From Macrostomum lignano (lineage: Eukaryota): a stretch of 64,000 nt of DNA. The notes under the pieces are model-generated. The model did not search any database and was not told the origin of the DNA. It saw only the letters and a program-made list of their open reading frames with translations. The stretch's first letter is position 1. Each line of letters opens with the position of its first letter. Positions 59,370 through 64,000 of the stretch are shown here, piece by piece. The stretch is from the NCBI GenBank assembly GCA_002269645.1, contig NIVC01000916.1, forward strand, positions 62,001-126,000. The letters run 5' to 3'. Position numbers and translations under genes: made by a program.

Positions 59370-60898
59370 TCAGAGCCTGTGCATGTGACCCACTGGGGCA
59401 AGTTCGTCGACCGGACTGCGGCCAGTGTCCGGGTCTGGCCGAGCCTGCGCGATGGAAGGCAAGGATCAAATACCAATCAGCATCCCCAGGCCTGAGGATC
59501 TGGGAGGCTGGCCGAGCAACTGAGGATCTGGGAGGCTGGCCCAGCAACTGAGGATCTTAGAGGCTGGCCCAGCAACTGAGGAATTGGGAGGCTGGCCCAG
59601 CAACTGAGCATCTGGGAGGCTGGCCCAGCAACTGAGGATATGGGAGGCTGGCCCAGCAACTGAGAATCTGGGAGGCTGGCCCAGCAACTGAGCATCTGGG
59701 AGGCTGGCCCAGCAACTGAGGATCTGGGAGACTGGTCCAGCAACTGAGCATCTGGGAGGCTGGCCCAGCAACTGAGGAATTGGGAGGCTGGCCCAGCAAC
59801 TGAGCATCTGGGAGGCTGGCCCAGCAACTGAGGATATGGGAGGCTGGCCCAGCAACTGAGAATCTGGGAGGCTGGCCCAGCAACTGAGCATCTGGGAGGC
59901 TGGCCCAGCAACTGAGGATCTGGGAGACTGGTCCAGCAACTGAGCATCTGGGAGGCTGGCCCAGCAAATGAGGATCTGGGAGGCTGGCCCAGCAACTGAG
60001 GATCTGGGAGACTGGTCCAGCAACTGAGCATCTGGGAGGCTGGCCCAGCAAATGAGGATCTGGGAGGCTGGCCCAGCAACTGAGGATCTGGGAGGCTGGC
60101 CCAGCACCTGAGGATCTGGGAGGCTGGCCCAGCAACTGAGGATCTGGGAGACTGGTCCAGCAACTGAGCATCTGGGAGGCTGCCCAGCAAATGAGGATCT
60201 GGGAGGCTGGCCCAGCAACTGAGGATCAGGGAGGCTGGCCCAGCAACTGAGGATCAGGGAGGCTGGCCCAGCAACTGAGGATCTGGGAGGCTGGCCCAGC
60301 AACTGAGGATCTGGGAGGCTGGCCCAGCAACTGAGGATCTGGGAGGCTGGCCCAGCAACTGAGCATCTGGGAGGCTGGCCCAGCAACTGAGCATCTGGGA
60401 GGCTGGCCCAGCAATTAAGGATCTGGGAGGCTGGCCCAACAACTGAGGATCTGGGAGGCTGGCCCAGCAACTGAGCATCTGGGAGGCTGGCCCAGCAACT
60501 GAGCATCTGGGAGGCTGGCTCAGCAACTGAGCATCTGGGAGGCTGGCGGTGGTGCAGAAACTGCAGCACGAGACGAGCGCAAATGCTTACCCAATTACGA
60601 AGGAAATCTTCGAAGGCCCGGCGGTCTCTGTCGGGCACGAGCGGCCGCAGGCGCAGCAGCAGGTGGCTCCGCTCAGCCGGGAACAGCCGCTCCAGCTGAG
60701 GCCGCACGCTGCCAGCGAAGGCGGCGCCGGATTCCCAGTTGCTGAGCAGCTGGCCAAACTGCTCCATCTCCTGGCGGCTCAGGCTGCAGACCAGGCTGTC
60801 GACCGCCTCCTGACGACGTTGGTTTTCGGAGTCCAGCTTGTTGAATTTCGTATCAGGCGCTCAAAGCGGCATCAATATGGAGAGCAGTGCGTTGGATG
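59370..60898 (-). pseudogene. CCM2-like harmonin-homology-domain exon plus repeat-invaded terminal exon
   Basis: LSRQEMEQFGQLLSNW.SGA...LERLF...HLLLRLRPLVPDRDRRAFEDFL resembles the CCM2 C-terminal HHD (recalled from memory, not searched). There is a GTAAGC donor after 60591, and in-frame TGA codons upstream of the HHD and at 59466. Confidence 0.55.
59490..60547. repeat. 28-bp minisatellite (CTGGGAGGCTGGCCCAGCAACTGAGGAT)n
   Basis: About 38 copies. Confidence 0.95.
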
Positions 60899-60969
60899 CT
60901 GAAATATGCATATCGACAACGCCACAAGTTGTAAGATAACTCCCATATAATGATGGGACTTTTACCTGC

Positions 60970-62010
60970 AATACTGGGACTAGGATCCCATAACAGGGTG
61001 GGACTAGGATCCCCATAACAGAGTGGGATTAAGATCCCATAACATAGCGGGATTAAAATCCCCATAACAGAGTGGGATTAGGATCCCCATAACAGAATGG
61101 GATTAGGATCCCCATAACAGAATGGGATTAGGATCCCCATGAAAGAGTGGGATTGGGATCTCATGACGGAGTGGGATTGGAATCCCCATAACAGAGTAGG
61201 ATTAGGGTCCAATAACAGAGTGGGATTAGAATCCCCATAACAGAATGGGATTAGGATCCCATGAAAGAGTGGGATTATAATCTCATAACAGAGTGGGATT
61301 AGATCCCGATAACAGAGTGGGATTAGAATCCCCATAAAACAGTGGGATTGGGATCCCCATAACAGAGTGGGATTAGAATCCCCATAAAAGAGTGGGATTA
61401 GGATCCCCATAACAGAGTGGGATTAGGATCCCCATAACAGGGTGGGATTAGGATCTCATAACAGAGTGAGATTGGGATCCCCATAACAGAGTGGGATTAG
61501 GATCTTATAACAGAGTGGGATTAGGATTCATATAACAGAGTGGGATTAGGATCCCCATAACAGAGTGGGATTAGGATCTTATAACAGAGTGGGATTAGGA
61601 TTCATATAACAGAGTGGGATTAGGATCCCCATAACAGAGTGGGATTAGGATCCCATAACAGAGTGGGATTAGGATCTTATAACAGAGTGGGATTAGGATT
61701 CATATAACAGAGTGGGATTAGGATCCCCATAACAGAGTGGGATTAGGATCTTATAACAGAGTGGGATTAGGATTCATATAACGGAGTGGGATTAGAATCC
61801 CCATAACAGAGTGGGATTATAATCCCATAAAGGAGCGGGATTGGGATCCCCATAACAGAGTGGGATTAGGATCCCATAACAGAGTGGGATGATAATCCCA
61901 TAAAGGAGTGGGATTGGGATCCCCATAACAGAGTGGGGTTAGGATCCCATAACAGAGGGATTAGGATTCCATAACAGAGTGGGATTAGAATCCCATAACG
62001 GAGTGGGATG
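60970..62010. repeat. ~25-bp repeat (GGGATTAGGATCCCCATAACAGAGT)n
   Basis: Direct inspection. Confidence 0.93.
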
Positions 62011-62804
62011 CTTGACGATCCCTTACAAAGTGCAATCAGGATCCCCACTAAGTGTAGTATTCATATGCAATGAGATTATACTGCAATTTCAGAACCCAAT
62101 AAAGGCGTGATGCAGTTAAAAGTTCTGAAAGCGAGAACAGGATTGAAACGAATGGCAGAATTAACTGTATACTCAGAGTAGTCAAGCACTATACTATTAC
62201 TAAGAGGAATGTAACAGGTAAAAGGCTAATGTATATAATAAAAGATTACAGTAAACACAATAAAGCACATATACTGTATTTACAGAGTACATTCAATTTG
62301 AAGCCAACAGAAACAAAAATTCACATTAATCTAACATGAAAACAAGTAGGGATGAGGCAAGTTGCTTCTAAACACAAATTTTGATTGTTGAAGGAAACAC
62401 AAAATTCACAGTCGGGCAGGTCTAGAGAAATTCTTTAGTTGAAATGGAAAACTGATATTATAGCGCGATTATAAATCCGCAACATTCTACTTACTCAGCA
62501 GAAGTAGCAATAGCAGCATCTGGCTCTTAAGGCGGATTTTTTATCTACGAGTATATATTCTAATTAATACATAATTTCTCGTTCAAACAAGTGGCGTTCA
62601 TCAAAAGCAAAGATATAAACAGGTGGTGAAAGTTTATATCTACTACTATCTACTATTTACTACTGAAAGTAATATAATAGTTTATTAAAGACCCTAACAG
62701 TAATGAAACTGTATTTTTCGAAAAAACATTACTCAAAAACTATGAATTATAGTGATCACCTCAAATTGATATAATGGGAGAGTGAGATGAGTAAGTGGGG
62801 ATTA

Positions 62805-63612
62805 AGGATAAGCGGACAGAGGGATTAAGGATAAGCAGACAGTGGGATTAAGGAAAAACAGACAGTGGGATAAAGGCTAAGCAGACAGTGGGATTAAGGA
62901 CAAACAGACAGTAGGATTAAGGATAAGCAGACAGTGGGATTAAGAATAAACAGACAGTGGGATTAAGGATAAGCAGACAGCGGGATTAAGGATAAACAGA
63001 CAGTGGGATTAAGGATAAGCAGACAGCGGGATTAAGGATAAACAGACAGTAGGATTAAGGATGATAAACAGACAGTGGGATTAAGGATAAACAGACAGTG
63101 GGATTAAGGATAAGCAGACAGCGGGATTAAGGATAAACAGACAGTAGGATTAAGGATGATAAACAGACAGTGGGATTAAGGGTAAACAGACAGTGGGATT
63201 AAGGATGATAAACAGACAGTGGGATTAAGGATAAACAGACAGCGGGATTAAGGATAAGCAGACATTGGGATTAAGGATAAGCAGACAGTGGGACCAAGGA
63301 TAAACAGACAGTGGGAATAAGGGTAAACAGACAGTGGGATTAAGGATAAACAGACAGCGGGATTAAGGATAAACAGACATCGGGATTAAGGATAAACAGA
63401 CAGCGGGATTAAGGATAAACAGACAGCGGGATTAAGGATAAACAGACAGCGGGATTAAGGATAAACAGACAGCGGGATTAAGGATAAACAGACAGCGGGA
63501 TTAAGGACAAACAGACGGCGGGATTAAGGACAAACAGACATCGGGATTAAGGATAAACAGACAGCCGGATTAAGGATAAACAGACGGCGGGATTAAGGAT
63601 AAACAGACGGCG
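62805..63612. repeat. ~23-bp repeat (GGGATTAAGGATAAACAGACAGC)n
   Basis: Direct inspection. Confidence 0.93.
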
Positions 63613-63619
63613 AGGCCAG

Positions 63620-63841
63620 TTAGAATCTGTGCGCGTGACCCATCGGCGAGAGCTCCTTGACGGGACTTCGCCCGGAGTCCGCCGGCGCCACCATGGAGGC
63701 GGAATCTTCGAGTCCGTCCAGCGCGAGGTACTTGTGCGGCTGGCCGGGCGACCGGCCGGCAGTTGAGGCGGAGGCGGCGGACACGGAGCGAGAGTAGCTG
63801 GGCTGGGCAAACTGCTGCTGGCTCATGTCCAGTCGCTGCAC
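63620..63841 (-). CDS. Terminal coding exon of a gene extending beyond the window
   Basis: A strong acceptor CTTTCCTCTCCCCAG/GTG is followed by 73 codons to TAA. The C-terminus DSGRSPVKELSPMGHAHRF is paralogous to 59370-59465. Confidence 0.55.
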   Translation of the reverse strand: MQRLDMSQQQFAQPSYSRSVSAASASTAGRSPGQPHKYLALDGLEDSASMVAPADSGRSPVKELSPMGHAHRF

Positions 63842-64000
63842 CTGGGGAGAGGAAAGGTTTGTTAAGGACAAATGAAGGTCAATTCTTCTCGAAATTCCGA
63901 CTCGGGATTTTTACATTCAGGATCATGATTTAAAGAATCTCAGAGGTGGGATCGGGACTTCTAGAGTCGGGATCGGGACTACTAGTCGGGATCGGCCCTT

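Noticed and set aside
60970-63612. Interstitial telomere
   Set aside because: The units contain GGGATTAGG/GGGATTAAGG within 23-25-bp monomers, not (TTAGGG)n runs.

Overview
Repeat-rich animal genomic DNA. My impression is a flatworm such as Macrostomum, but I have not verified this. The centrepiece is a complete but decayed Polinton/Maverick (virus-like DNA transposon) at 4946-26386, with AGTAGT...ACTACT ends, ~0.5-kb TIRs and a perfect 6-bp TSD (CACCAC). It encodes pPolB, chromodomain integrase, major and minor capsid proteins, adenain protease, packaging ATPase and core/PW/PZ-type proteins. Unusually, it also carries an intact TATA-binding-protein (TBP)-like ORF and a tandem PC4-like ORF. 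Three younger retroelements are nested in its ATPase and capsid genes: an RTE LINE, a solo LTR and a CsRn1-type Gypsy with a textbook -1 frameshift pseudoknot. The Polinton sits in a tandem array of intronless signal-peptide/PAN-Apple/C-type-lectin genes (2 intact, 2 broken) that is littered with SINEs, LINE and Gypsy remnants. The right part holds a 9-exon Dispatched gene (40087-49148, minus strand, ~1100 aa), a CCM2-like harmonin-homology exon with a duplicated terminal exon, and many unrelated minisatellites. At least one of these (21-bp) grew out of coding sequence, and a second (28-bp) probably did.
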